A stretch of 64,000 bases of DNA from assembly GCF_006345805.1 (NCBI RefSeq), contig NW_021833893.1, positions 62,001 through 126,000 of the forward strand, given 5' to 3'. The DNA is from Octopus sinensis (lineage: Eukaryota). Numbering within the stretch: position 1 is the first letter of the stretch; the number at the start of each line of letters is the position of its first letter. This document shows positions 1 to 16,449 of the stretch, one piece after another. Under the pieces are notes generated by a model that had not been told where the DNA came from, did not search any database, and saw only the letters and a program-made list of their open reading frames with translations. The translations under genes were made by a program, and so were the position numbers.

Positions 1-809
1 ACAAATACACACACACATATATAATCTTTCACTGATTTTCTTGGTATTATTTTCTTGGAGTTTCACTTTCTTCACATTGACATTCATTCAATTGTGAATT
101 TTATAACATTTAGGACATGTTCCAGCAAAAAAGAACATTGTAAACAGCAATACTTACACACGCGAAGTTCAAGCGAAGAGAAATGTAGTAAATATAGATG
201 CAAAACACTTTCTGTAGCATAGTTATAAAAAATTCTTTTAGTGAATATTTCTAAAAGAAATATTCTAGCATTGTAAAGTGACCACTTTAGCAAAAGTTAC
301 TATGCGTCAGAATGTACAGAAAGTCAACATTTATTTGAAACATGTATTAAATGTTATAAAATTCACAAATGAATGAATGTTAATGTGAAGAAAGTGAAAC
401 TCCAAGAAAATTCAGAAGGCATAATTAAATTTTTCATACAAAAATAATTTATTTTGCAATTTTTAAACGAACGCTGAATAAAATGTATACAAAGGAATAT
501 GTTGCTGTTGTCAGCGTTAATCAATTTAAAACATTTGCTGAAAGATGTATGTAGCAAGACAAACTAATTTGGCATTACTGTATATTTTAACCGTGTAAGG
601 TTATATAGGCAGTAGAATAAATACTAACGCAGTAAAAAGGTTGTGTGGCGTTGAATATCCAGTGATGAAACAGCATAGCAGGAATACGATAAAGACGCCA
701 GGACTGTGAAAAACTGGGTATAAGGAATGGAATAACATTTCAAAATATCTATATTTTATTGAAAAATATCCAAATTGTAATGATAATAGAATTTCGAAAT
801 GAAAATCTG

Positions 810-2250
810 TCAATCTTGAAGCACCTCAGGGTAAACAATATTCATTGTGTAATTTTTGGTTGGTTTCGAAATGAATAAATTGTTGCTGCTTCCAGCTCGC
901 GAGCAAGCAACATAGAGTTGGCCGTGGAAGAAGCAGGCAGTAGAGAGATCACGTCCAACTACTTTAAGGGACTGACTCTGAGATTCAAATACCAAAAGTT
1001 TGACTGGAAACTGAAATGTCTTAAATTCAAATGGAACATTTGTAAGTATGAGAGGAATTTTTTAATAAAGACATTTTCTCCTTTGTGACTACCTGTTATG
1101 ATTGTTGCCTGTAGGACATGAGGCTTCATTGAAGTAACAATTAAGCGAGTTTCATTATTCAGGTGAGATAGGTCAAGATTCCTAAGCAGCATAATAGGAG
1201 CACCCAATTTTATTTTCAAGTTATGCATCGGCATACCAGTGTGTTTAAGTGCGTTCAGAAATTCAACACGGTATTGAACAATCTGATCTTTGTCGACTGT
1301 TGTCAATCCATAAGATCCCTAAGAGAAAGTATCATTTGATTGTGTGTTGCTTGTATGATGACGTCTTTTCACATGTCTCCAAAAGTACGATTTTTTAAAC
1401 CAAGCATTGATCTCATCAGCTTTTGATCATTTGAGGATAACTGGCAACGTTTGACGAAAATCTCTTGCAAGAACGGTTTTCTCCTCCCATGAGCGTGCAA
1501 TTGTTTTTTATGTTTCTGAGGGTAAGGTCAAGTACCTCTAGAGCTCCACGTTGTGACAGTGCACTCATCTCAAACAATGAGGCAAGTTTGTTGGAGAATT
1601 GTTGCCATTGCAGAGTTTTGGGAAATGTTGCACATTTGAGATTCTTCCATTGTAAGGTTTAGAGGGAGCTTGAACATGGAATGAACAGGTCTTTCCCCAT
1701 TGAGGAGGGTAGCTGCAATACTGGAAGAAGGTTTGATTTCATTTCCACCCATTTAGGATTGCAGGTGAAAGTGACAAAAAGCTCTAGTTTTCTATATGTC
1801 CTGATGTATGTCATAGCATCTTGTATTCGTTCGTGCATATGTTGAGGACCACCTGTGAATGATGATAGGAAGATTATAAGTGCCCCATGTTTTGAATATC
1901 ACCATCTGTCCTTAGAGCATCTTGGAAGAGAAAATAATTTTTAGCCTTTAACTTTTTTCGATTGTTATGAATGTAGAGGAGACGCTCACTCTCAACTTAA
2001 GCATACATACCAACTAGGTATTGCTGAAATAGATCACGATACATGTACAGTTGATTTGATTGTTCTGGTCTTAACATCAGTTGGTAAGAAGAGAAGTCAT
2101 TTGACAACACCATTTTGTTTGTAATTGGCTCTCCTGTTGCAGGTTCAATCTCAGGTGTTATGATCTACAGCCACATTGTATTATTTGTTCCTTTCTTATG
2201 GGCAGAATCAGCACAGCTGATATATAGCTAATGGCTTAATGAGAGCTATT
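810..2250 (-). mobile_element. Degenerate Helitron Rep/PIF1-helicase remnant with a large internal deletion
   Basis: Minus-strand motifs: GGPQHMHERIQDAMTYIRTY-KLELFVTFTCNPKW (Rep), SSSIAATLLNGERPVHSMFKLPL, DECT, DFRQTLPV, EFLNALKHTGMPMHNLKIKLGAPIMLLRNL and FHGQLYVACSRAG (PIF1 helicase). Many stops and frameshifts; termini not found. Confidence 0.9.
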
Positions 2251-2349
2251 GTTTGTTTAAAAGTGAAGGGTGGGGGTACAATTTGCAGGGGTTTGCATGA
2301 AAGTGCTTTCTGTTCTTAAGAAGGATCAGAAACTATGTATTGTTTCATC

Positions 2350-3180
2350 GCCCACCTACCACCTACCCGCTTTCAAAAAGCTAATATCTCCCAATCTTTC
2401 ACTTTCGTCTGATGTTTCACGCATGCGTTGAATTCTACTGAAATAGTAGACGTAAAAAATACCAGACCACCACGAGAAAACCCGACATGCTAGAAACAAC
2501 AGGTAAACGACATTATTTCTGAAGAAACTTCTGTAAACTTTTACCAACTCACCCCCACGTTTTTCACCCCCCCCCCAAAAAAAAACTCGGATATTTCGCG
2601 TGGAATCAACTCCCATCACCTCCTACTGTTCCACAAACGCCTTATTGGGGGTTTGTGGCTCCTAATATGCCACAAAACACCTTTTTGTCCAGAAAACGGT
2701 GGGTTGGGGTAGAGTGGAACCTTCGGAAATTTTACCTCCCCTCTCCGAATTTCACAAGGATATTTCACCCCCACCAATTTCAGAGGGAAAACCTTTAGGC
2801 AAATTTTTACACGAGGGTCAATTCTTGTTGACAAGGAAACGTTTCCAGTAGCACTCGTCCCTTTAGAAATAACAGCCAAATCTCCTTAGCTACACTGCAC
2901 CGTCTTTGTTGAGCAAAGCGTACCCGTACCGTATTCTTTTGTTATCTTTGTGTGTGTGTGTATGTATGTGTGTACATTTGTGTGTGCATATTTGTGTGTT
3001 TATATATGTATGTGTGTGTATAAATGTGTGTATATATATGTGCGTGTATGCGTATGTATGTGTGTATGTATGTGTGTGTATATATACGTGTGCGAGTGTG
3101 TGCCGTTTACACATACATGGAAAAGAATACATGCATGACAAAACACATCTTTACTCTCTCGCTGTCTTTCTCTTTCTCTT

Positions 3181-3222
<42 letters not shown>

Positions 3223-3803
3223 TCTCTTTCCACACAAAAGTGAAACGCATTAGTTATCTGATTAAAGAATTTCGGCGCGAAAATTTCCAAAGGGAAAGTG
3301 AAATTTTTTTGTAAAACACTCAATACCATTTTCAATCTCTTCTGCAATCTGAGATTAATATATCCAGAGATTTTTAGAGGTATGTAAAATATATCTTTTT
3401 TTAAGAACTGGTTTCACGCACATACACAAACACTAGCGTTTTTTTTAGAAGAATTGTGTATCATTCTTTATCTCTCCTGCCCAGACTTCATTAGCACTAA
3501 TTTCTATAACTTCAAGCATTTTCACTTATTCTTTTCAAACTTGCTTGAATTTTCAATCTCATGTAAACCACTCTCTCGAAAACGTATTTCTGCAAAATCT
3601 TTTTCTAAAAATATGAGTAAAGAAAAGGGGCTAATGCAGTTTCGCACCTCACCTTCAAATATATTTCTTCGGATTCCTAGGCTGTAATTAGATATTGGAG
3701 ATTACGAATATGCAAAAAAAAAAAATGGTGAATGTGCACTTGTAAAAATTAGAGATTTAACCAAAAGGTAGTTCCATTGTGTCAGAAATAGGACATTGTT
3801 ATC

Positions 3804-3855
<52 letters not shown>

Positions 3856-4750
3856 CATATATATACACACACGCACACATATATACACACATATACACAT
3901 ACATACATATATACACACAATATACACACACACATATATATATACACACATATATACCTAAACACACATATATGTACACACACACATATATATATACACA
4001 TATTTACACACACATATATACACACACGTATATATATACACACATACATATACACACACATACATATACGCACACATATATATATACACATATATATATG
4101 TATATATACACATGTATACACACACATATATACATACATAAATACACACATATGCACACACAAAAGATAACGAAAGAATACGTTATGAGTACGTGTTGCT
4201 CAACAAAGACAAGTGCACTGTAGCTAGGGAGATTTGGCTGTTATTTCTAAAAGGCCAAGCGTTACAACAGGAAGCGTTCGTTCCCTTACCGACAAGCACT
4301 GACCCACGTGTAAAAATTTGCCAAAAAATCGTCCCTCTGAAATTGAGGGGAGGGATGAAATTTCCCTGTGAAATTTCCGAGGGTTCTACTCCACCCACAC
4401 TCCGTTTTCCGGACAAAAAGTGCTTTGTGGCATATTGGGAGGTCACCGTAATTCATTAAACGAAAAAGAAAGCATTTTCCAATGATCGCGGGAAGGGGGA
4501 GGGGTGGAATTTCTGCGTGTTCCACCCCACCCCCGTCTTCCGGACAAACAAAAAAGGGTTTTGTGACATACTAGGAGCTCATAGTAATTCATTCAACGAA
4601 AAGAAAATTCTCCAGTTATTCCGGGGGATGGTTGATTCCACGCGAAAAATTTACTGAAACTTCCCCGCTTTCCAAAAAGCTAAAAGTGAAACATTAAGAG
4701 TTTGTAGCTTTTTGAAAGTGGTGAGGAGATGGGTAAAATTCTTAAAGATT
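2350..4750. repeat. Diverged long inverted repeat (foldback-like) around a microsatellite-rich spacer
   Basis: About 2350-2950 is the reverse complement of about 4160-4750 (e.g. TTGCTCAACAAAGAC...TAGCTA(A/G)GGAGATTTGGCTGTTATTTCTAAA; CGCGTGGAATCAAC). The (TG)-rich tract at 2950-3120 mirrors the (CA)-rich tract at 3800-4160. Confidence 0.8.
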
Positions 4751-5569
4751 AGTACTCTCTGTTTTTTCTCCATGGATTACCAAGAAAAAAATTGGAAAAA
4801 GTAAAAAATTTATTTGGTGGGGAGAGGGAGAAAATTAAAATATTGAGAACGCGTTTTGTGGGTGAAATCCTAATATCCTGTGTCACAAACATAGGAATCG
4901 GAAAAAAAAATTAGGAAAAATATAGCGGGGGACGCAAATGTCACCTCGGACATCTAGAAAGAAGAGGTAAAGGACAGGATTTCTGGGAAAAACTCCTTTT
5001 AAGTTTATATCGAAGATCAGGTTTTTAAAGGCGCTCATCACAAACACAAATTACACAAAAGAAAAAGATCATTTCAACTAGACTTGAGCTGTAAATTTGT
5101 GCGTACGCACAGCAAGAAATAGCATAATTCGTATAGAAGTTTTACCTAGAGTGTGTATGTGCATGTGTATGCGAAAGAAAGTTATTTTATGGAAAACTTT
5201 CGTTTGAAGAAGCAAAGTTGTCAACTCGATCATATGGGATCATATGACTGTTCGTTAATTTCCGTAAAAAATTTGTAATAATTTCTTTATTCTTTGAAGA
5301 GAGCAGAAATTGAAAGAGAGGAGAAAGTGAAAAGGCGTTATTTGCTTTGAGGTGAGAGCAGAAAGTGAAAGATGTAGGTGTATATGAAATGGATGGGTGT
5401 GTGAGAGAGAAAGAAAGAGAGACTGAGTGAAGGTGTGTGTTGTATAGTATGAATTTTTTTGCGTGTCTGTATGTATGTGTGCGTGTGTGTATGTATATAT
5501 TGTATATATGTGTATACGTGTATTTATGTGTGTATATGTAGGCATATATGTGAAGGTGCCTCTGGTAAA

Positions 5570-5605
5570 TGCCCAATAAAGTATATATATATACTTTATT
5601 GGGCA
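5570..5605. repeat. 36-bp perfect palindrome
   Basis: TGCCCAATAAAGTATATATATATACTTTATTGGGCA is its own reverse complement, with an imperfect extension of about 10 bp on each side. Confidence 0.9.
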
Positions 5606-5615
5606 CTTAGAGAGG

Positions 5616-5684
<69 letters not shown>

Positions 5685-6320
5685 TTTCTAAATGATGAAA
5701 ATGAACAAAAAATTACAGATGTTTCTACTTCAAGATTTTCAAAATCATACATAGAAGTTCCTACCTAAAGCTGTTTCCATACACAATTTGTTAATTTGTA
5801 TATACCGAAACCAGTGAATTCGCTATATCATTAGTGAGAATTTCAAAAGGGAGTTATTTAACAACGTGTAGGCTAACCTACGACAAACTCAGAAATGTTA
5901 GTTTTTTCTTAACGCAAGCGTTCCGTAGAAACCCTCATTGCCCTATTATACAAAAATAAATATGTTCAACACATTCTTGCTCGTGCCAGTATGACACAGA
6001 ATAGTTCATTGATGGCTTTATGACAGTTAAGATATAGACATTATCGAGAGAAAAAGAATGGTAGATGAAACTAGTGAATAGGTGAGAACGTTGTAGATTA
6101 ATTGTTAAGGAGAGAGCAGCTAGACACGTCAATTCGTCGAGCATGTGAATAAAACTACAAATTAACAATACATGTCATATTAAAATCCACCCGACTCCAT
6201 CCAAAATTGCCATGTCAATCAATGTTTACTCAAATACACAGTGTATACGTATCAAGTAAACACAAACAGAACCCACATATTGCCAGATTTTACCCATAGG
6301 AAATCTGCACACACACATAC

Positions 6321-6365
<45 letters not shown>

Positions 6366-6449
6366 TATACACACACATATATACACACATATGTATATAT
6401 ATATTTATATTTAAATGTAATATCTTTAATATAAGCAATTATCAATGAT

Positions 6450-7397
6450 TACTACAAACTTAATTATAGTTCCTAAATGTCCATTTTGATGCATGGACAC
6501 AAGAAAATCCCATTTCCATTTTAGTATTTAATAGACGTCTTCTAGAAAATCAAATCAAATACAGCCCTTCTAAACAAAAGAAGCAGAAAGACTTTCCAGG
6601 TTTATAAGTAGTAGCCCTGTTTATAATTTCCCACTCTACCGAAAAGCTTTTTTGGTATCTTTTAATTCCAAAATAAATTTACTAAGGCTACTGGAAGTAA
6701 ACCTATTTCTATTATTAAAGGTGTAAATATGGTTAGAAATACGTTTTTTTAATAAAATTTTGCGTAGCATCAATATAAACGTAATTTCTACCTTCAGAAT
6801 ACACCTTCCACCTGTAAACAACATTTTTTCGTTTACAATAATTGTTAAACAAACATTTACTTTTAACCGTGCAGTCACAAAGACTATTATTCCTCACATT
6901 ATTATTTTGTTTCTCAACGTTACAAATTAGATTTTTATTGTTTATAGTTTTACACACATTCAAGAGGTTTGGATGGGATTTTACTCGAGTAGCCTCCCTT
7001 TGGACATTAGATGTCCGACGTTCACTCTCCGTTCTTACGTTTATTCCAATGGTATTAATAGAACGGTGTTTACTACCGTTACAATTATTATAAAAATAAT
7101 ACAATTTTCTCTCGTTAATCAAGGATGTAATCGGATATAAATTATTAGCTGCAGAAAGAACAATTCTAAAGAGCTTAGAGTTAATAACATCATAGTATCT
7201 ATTTTCTTTTGTAAAATATTTGGAAAATAGTTTGTATAACGCACCGACCAAATTACCCATAATCTCCTTAGCAAGTGGAATAATAAACCAAGCAGTTTCG
7301 TCCTTATTAGAAGAGGCATTATAACCTCCACAATTACGACCTTTATGTTTGTTTTCTAACCTTTTCGCTCCTACTTCTGATCGTACTAGCTGATGTA
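6450..7397 (-). mobile_element. Penelope-like element 3' fragment (linker + GIY-YIG endonuclease)
   Basis: AWFIIPL...KYFTKENRYYDVINSK linker; CDCTVKSKCLFNNYCKRKNVVYRWKV...YVYIDAT; KRISNH...SSSLSKFILELK. Bounded on the right by the mariner. Confidence 0.8.
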
Positions 7398-8646
7398 TCA
7401 AGCTGGGTAAAAAGTAAGCAACATTTTGAAATATGAAATTCATCACATATTTCAACAATGCGGAAATTTTATTCATCAAAGTAAGTACCATTACAATCAA
7501 CACCTTTTTGCCCACAAGTTACAAGTTTGTTTATTCTGGTAACATAAAAAGAGTTCTGGAGCTGATGAACTCTTTGAACGCACTTTTGGCATCGTTTGAT
7601 CTTTTTAACTGCTCTCGTAGGGAACCATCAAGGTGGTTGAAATGGTGGTAGTTGGTTGGAGAATGGTCTGGGGAATATGTTGGATGGCGAAGAACTTCGA
7701 AGCCAAGTTCCTTCAACTTCTGGAGTGTCATTAGTGGAACGTGTGGTCAAGCATTGTCATGAAGAATGATTGGCCCTCTTCTGTTGACTAGTCCAGGACG
7801 GAGGAAGTTGCAGTTTTTCTTTTATTTTGGGAATTTCACGACAATATGTTTCTGCAGTAATGGTTTTTCCGGGTTTTAAGAATCTATAGTGGATGAGTCC
7901 AGCAGTACACCACCAAAGAGTCAAGGAGTCACCATAACCTTCTTTTTGAAGAGCTCAGGTTTAGGGAAGGTTTTTGGTGCTTCATTTTGGTCCAACCACT
8001 GCGAAGAATGTTTTTTACTATTGACAGAATTTTATTGCAAATTACAATTCGGTTGAGAAATGGAACAGTCTGAAGCAACGAGCAAATTTCATATCTGCGC
8101 ACTTTCTATTTTCATTCTAATCGTGTGGTTCCCATTTGTCGAGCTTTTTTGATTTTCCGATTGCATGCAGTTTTCTGTCTAACTTGAAGTTCTTTTGCCA
8201 ATTCTCGATTGGTTTTACGTGGATCTTTCGCAATGACAGCCTTTAATTGACTGTCATCGATGATACATGGGCGTCCACTACTCTGACGATCTTCAAGGCT
8301 CAGATCTCCACTGTGAAATCGTTTAAATCATTTTTGAGCTGACCACTCACTGGTCATTTCCTCACCAAACGTTTCGTTGATATCATGAGCAGTTTCAGCT
8401 GCTTTACGTCCTCTTTAGAAGTTGACTAAAAAAATTGCTCGTATATCGCGCTTTCACAGTTTCATTTCAGATAATCGTAACAACGGTGAAAAAAATATCA
8501 ATGTTAATTTATTGATGCATTTGGGCAAGTCTATGTCTGTATTATCAGACAATTGCAAGAATGCTTTTAAACAATCCAAAACTCTGCAAACATCTGGTAC
8601 AAATTCTTCATGGCTCAAAACGTTGCTTACTTTTTACTCAACCTGA
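7398..8646 (-). mobile_element. Full-length decayed mariner (Tc1/mariner) transposon
   Basis: TIRs TCAAGCTGGGTAAAAAGTAAGCAACATTTTG (7398) and revcomp TCAGGTTGAGTAAAAAGTAAGCAACGTTTTG (ends 8646), with TA on both sides. Transposase motifs KWEPHD, LHDNA*PH, LRHPTYSPDHSPTNYH, with stops. Confidence 0.93.
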
Positions 8647-8651
8647 TATAT

Positions 8652-8741
<90 letters not shown>

Positions 8742-9654
8742 CTCTGTGTATACGTATATTCTTACTGATTGTTCTACTCGATATTTCTCTACATCTGGCT
8801 ATATGTATCAATATATACATCTTAGAATTAATTTTATTCTAATTACGGGAGGTACCCTTGTATTTCATCCCTCAAATATATGCTTTCTCTTTGGTACTAC
8901 TTTCCTGTATATATGCTTAAATGTGTTTGTTTTCTCAAATATATTGCACTTCATGTTTGAGGATCCGATGAAACTGTAAGGCGTTACTCAGCATTCAACA
9001 ATGAGTCCACTGAATCTTATAGTGTGAACAGCTGTAAGCTAATGAAGTTCATTAGATAATCGCTCATTCCTTTATCATCTCTTATTACCGCTTGTTACTC
9101 TACTAACTCTTCGTTCAGAAGCATACATGTATTGAATTCTACACCAGAAAAATTTAGCACACCATGAACGTAAGCGAGCTGTACAAATGAAAAATAACAA
9201 AAATATAGATTAACCCCATACAATTGTTTCACTGTTAATAAATTATGCAATTTTACTTACACAATTAATCTACAGCTCCTCAGTGAGGTCCGTCATAAGA
9301 TATAATTTGTCAAGCTACACGCCAGATATCAACACGAAGTAAAAAATACGAGCAGCTCGGCCCATTATATTCACAGTTATATTCAACTGTCCTCATTCTG
9401 CGCGCCAAATTACCGGAAATAAATACTCCACAAATAATTCACTGCAGTAGTTTACGCCGGTTTGAGAACATATTAATTTAAAATTAAAATCAAAATGAGG
9501 GTTGTATATATATTTATACAGTGTGCATATGTTCACCAAGGAATCTCAAGTGGGGAATCCCGGAAATGTTTCACAAAATTTCTATGCTCCTTTGTATCAT
9601 GAAAATGTGAATCAGCATTTCTAGTTTTCCATGTATATTAAGTGGACCTACAAT

Positions 9655-10057
9655 AATCCTTTCTACTGGAGGCACATGGCCTCAGGTTTGTGGTGGAGGG
9701 GACTAGTCGATTATATCGACCCCAGTGTTTCACTGGTACTTAATTTATCGACCCCGAAAAGATGAATGGCAAAGTCGACCTCGACGGAATTTGAACTTAG
9801 AACGTAGCGATGGGCGAAATATCTATTTCTTTACTACCAACAAGGGGCTAAACACAGAGGGGACAAACAAGGACAGACAAACGGATTAAGTCGATTATAT
9901 CGACCTCAGTGCGTAACTGGTACTTAATTTATCGACCCCGAAAGGATGAAAGGCAAAGTCAACCTCGGCGAAATTTGAACTCAGAACGTAACGGCAGACG
10001 AAATACGGCTATGCATTTCGCCCGGCGTGCTAACGATTCTGCCAGCTCGCTGCTTTC
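9655..10057 (-). mobile_element. tRNA-derived SINE (family A, MetaSINE-like core) with a partly duplicated body
   Basis: 14-bp TSD AGTGGACCTACAAT at 9641-9654 and 10058-10071. Box B-like GAGTTCAAATTT; core CTTTCATCCTTTCGGGGTCGATAAATTAAGTACCAG present twice. Confidence 0.85.
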
Positions 10058-10189
10058 AGTGGACCTACAATTATAACAAATGAAAATCTGTAGCGTTGAT
10101 ATAAGAGCCGTAACTGTCAGTTCTCCATAGATGTTCTCCTTTTCCCCAATTACTGATGAGATTCACATTTGCAGGGGAGCTAATCTCTT

Positions 10190-11055
10190 CAAAAATGCAT
10201 GACTATTGTTCCCTGAGCAAATATGCTTGTACATAACCTAATGCACTTGTGATGATAGGTACAAGTGGGAATTCACAGTCAGAGTACAAGTGTTGTGTAT
10301 GTTCCGTATTAATTTGCCATAAATGTTCTCGTTTTCCTGGACTTTTGATTGTACAGCCGCTGGGCAACTGACTTCTACAACAGTGCATGGCTTTTGTTTC
10401 CTGTCCCATAGAACAATATCGGGTATCTTATGTGTGCACCGAATTGATGTTTTTATTGAAGTGTTCTACCAGTATTCCTTGTTTTTAAAGGTATGAATAC
10501 CTGCTGGTTCTGACATACATTTGATGTATACCTCAGGACCATCCTTTCTGCAGACAGCATTGTAAATATTCTTCGCAACTATATCATGTCTTGTGGGCAG
10601 TTAGTGTTTTGTAGGCATTTTGGGACAGCTACTACTGATGATGTGGGTGATATCTTGCAGACTGGTATAGCAGAGCTGACACACTTTCTATCATGACGTG
10701 AATGTTTGGTGGTATTTTTGACTCCCTTCTTTATTAAGTATTTAGTAGATATCTCCTGTCCTTGGATACCAAATGCATATCCTTCTAGGTGGGATGTAAT
10801 GTATCGGCCATAGATCCTGTCAATGCTATTGTTATCCTCTTTCAGCAGATGTCTGAGTGATACAATGCAACATCCACAGGATGTTTGTACCCATCTTATT
10901 CCTCTACCGCCATCTCTTCGTCTCACATTGATCCTCTCGGTGTCTCTGTTGATGTGGAAGTTGACAGTGATGGTCGGCACCGTTCTAGTTTTGATGTCCA
11001 GGTTACGGATTTCGTCAAGTCTCCAGTCTATTATTCTAAATGTTGGTACTAGCAC
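10190..11055 (-). mobile_element. R4/Dong-like RLE non-LTR retrotransposon fragment
   Basis: IIDWRLDEIRNLDIKTR, RRRDGGRGI, YITSHLEGYAFGIQGQE, PLVPIITSALG. Same family as 41050-41945. Confidence 0.8.
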
Positions 11056-11604
11056 TGGAACTGTAAAAGCATTTTGAAATATGGTGCGTTACGATAAAGA
11101 ATACTGAAATCTGTTTCAGATTTCTGATGCAAAAAAATATTTATACTTATCGCACACAAAAAGATTTTGTCGTTACTTCGAGATAGTCCAAAAATGATTG
11201 TACTTGGATTGATGTGATAGACGTTAGCTGGTCATTATGTGTTGCTGACGCCATCCGTTCATTGTTTCTGAGTTTTCACAGTGCTCTGCTCAGCTGCTGT
11301 TGTTTGTTGATGTTTTCTGTGTCCTGTCTGATGTCTTCCGTGTGCTGTCAGTACTCTGTTGCTAAAGTGGTGGTGGTTTTTTATATTACATCTGTGTTCG
11401 ATTGCTAAATATTCCTGCTACAGGGCGACCTCTGTTGTCTCGGTGTATATATATTTCTTTGTATGAAGCAAAACTAAGAATATTATTTCTCTTAAAACCT
11501 CGGGTCGCCCAAGTGAAGACATTTTTACAATAATTCTTACATTAACGAAAATTGACAGAGATCCTATAATTAATTGCAATGTGTGCCCAAACCAGCTTGC
11601 TACT

Positions 11605-14092
<2,488 letters not shown>

Positions 14093-16449
14093 TTGCTACA
14101 GCATTGTTGACTTCTCTTTGTTCAGTGACAGCTGTCAAAAACAGATGACAAACATAAACCACAGCGTTCGAGACTATTTTTCATAAACCGTCTTAAAAGG
14201 TTAAATAGTTTGGTATATAGTGTACTCTAATATTTAAAATAACAATTATGTCAACATTTGAATGCGCCTGGTAAATTTGCACATACATGCAAAAACTTAT
14301 TCTTCTCCTGGAACTATATTACGATGCCTGGATGTTGTGCCATAATGATTTAATTAAGCAATGAGGAGATGATTTAGAATTCAGGTAGCAGGAAAAGGAA
14401 ATTCGCTACAAAACTATCAAGATTTATAAACAAACATCTCCAGGGAAGTGAGATTTGAGATCGGTTCATAATAGTTAGTCATAGATATATCTGCCTACCA
14501 GCTTCCTTGTCTGTCTGCCTGTTCATCTGCCTGCTTGTATATTAGACACCATTTATTTGTGTTTATCTGTCTCTACCTCTCGCTCGCTTCTACTCTTTTT
14601 ATGCATACACGTCTCTATCGCTTACACGTTGTGTGCACATATCCATTGCCATTATTCCTAATTTATATCGCAGTTTGGAATCAATACCATGGTTAAAGTT
14701 TCCAACGGGCCAAACACTATATATAGTTCATCAAAGAAGTGTCTGTAAAGCTGAGATGTTTCTTCGAAGAGCACCGTTTTTTTGCTGATGTCAGTATCCA
14801 TCATACGCACACACGTTCACACCACACATGTGTGCACACATACACGCACCGGCAAACACATATATGTGTGATTCCATCCGATGAAGTGCGATCTTACTGA
14901 AGCGCAACAATTATAGGACATTGTATCTCATTCAAGGACTTCCTGAACAGATTTCAGCAGGTCTGTTTATCGCAATCTCATTAATGAAAGTTGCCACAGG
15001 GTTTAATCGGGACAGGAGCTAACAGCCTAACCGGAGGAGGGAACAGAAAGTGTCAACAGCATTAACTGTTCAGTGACTCTGACACGTCCATGGGTGTGAC
15101 CATCTATGAGATTGATTTGAACTTTGGGTATATTAGGCGATATGAGCTAGTGATAATACTGATAAACAATCTCAAGATATCTGATAAGTGAACAAAGTAA
15201 GTTGAAGTAAACGATTTCATGGGAGAAATAAACATTTTTAATACAACTGTAATACTTTTACACCCTTTCGAAATTGAATTTATTTCATATCTTTGTGTAT
15301 AAAATCTTTGTGTATAAAATCGTAATATAAAATAACTACGAAAAATACTACTAAGGAAGGATACCAATTGAAACAGTGTTAATGTGATGCATTTTGTCAA
15401 AAGAATATTTGAATGCAGCACTGCAAATGATGAATTACACAGCTCTAGACTTAATATATCACTTGGTTTAACTACTATAGCTGGTCATTAAACACCAAGC
15501 AAACATTTGGGATAGGTTTCTGGTTTGGTATAAAAATAACTACCACTCTCTTCTTTAACAGAGCCTTAGGACTGTACTCTTACCAATTCCAGTGATAAAC
15601 AGCATGTCTTCATTGTACTTATTTACTGACAAACATTAGATTATTCAGATAGGTATAAATAGCTAGATGGTGAATAGTCGACTTCTTGACAATGATCTAG
15701 AGTCATAAAATTTTGTTGAAGATAAATGTTCAAATAACACTAAACCCCCAGTTTGATAACGTGTCTTCTCCCCCTTCAAGCTTTGTCTGCAAAACTATTT
15801 TTTTATGCATGCCTAATGTACTTCCTGTTCTACCTAATCCTTATGAATTTCCCTTTATTTATCACCGATTCTTTTTGCAAGTTTAGGCGAGTACTGGGTA
15901 AAATAAACATCCGTTCGTCTTGTAGCGTCGATTTATTTATACCGATGAGTCAATATGTGTAAAGTCGTCTACCATTTCTAATTATGAAAGGTTGGCGCGT
16001 GTTTGTATTCATTAAAAACATTACTAACTATGCTCTAGTACATATGTCTCTTTCTCTTACTATTTCTCATTCTATCTTTAATACATACACGCGAATGTGT
16101 TTATGTATAAGGGCATATATATGTATGTATGTATGTAGTATGTATGTATGTATGTATGTATGTATGTATGTATATGTATGTATGTATGTATGTATGTGTG
16201 TGCGTGCGTGTATGTATGTATGTATGAATGTGTGATACACGCGTGTGCGCGCACACATACTCACACACACATAGGTAGATATGCATTTGTGACGGATAGT
16301 GTTTGATTATTCAAATTTGTTTTTGTATTTGATGATGTCATTGTAGAGAGGGTAATATATAATGAATGCTAAAGGTCATGTGATATTTATTTATACACAA
16401 GCGTGTGTGCATGCCGAGGTGTATATATATATATATACATATAATGAGA

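Noticed and set aside
265-268. CTAG as the 3' end of the left Helitron
   Set aside because: No subterminal hairpin and the wrong flanking base.
6733-7515. 260-aa ORF as a real gene
   Set aside because: Chance read-through from the mariner end (7398-7515) into a PLE GIY-YIG fragment.
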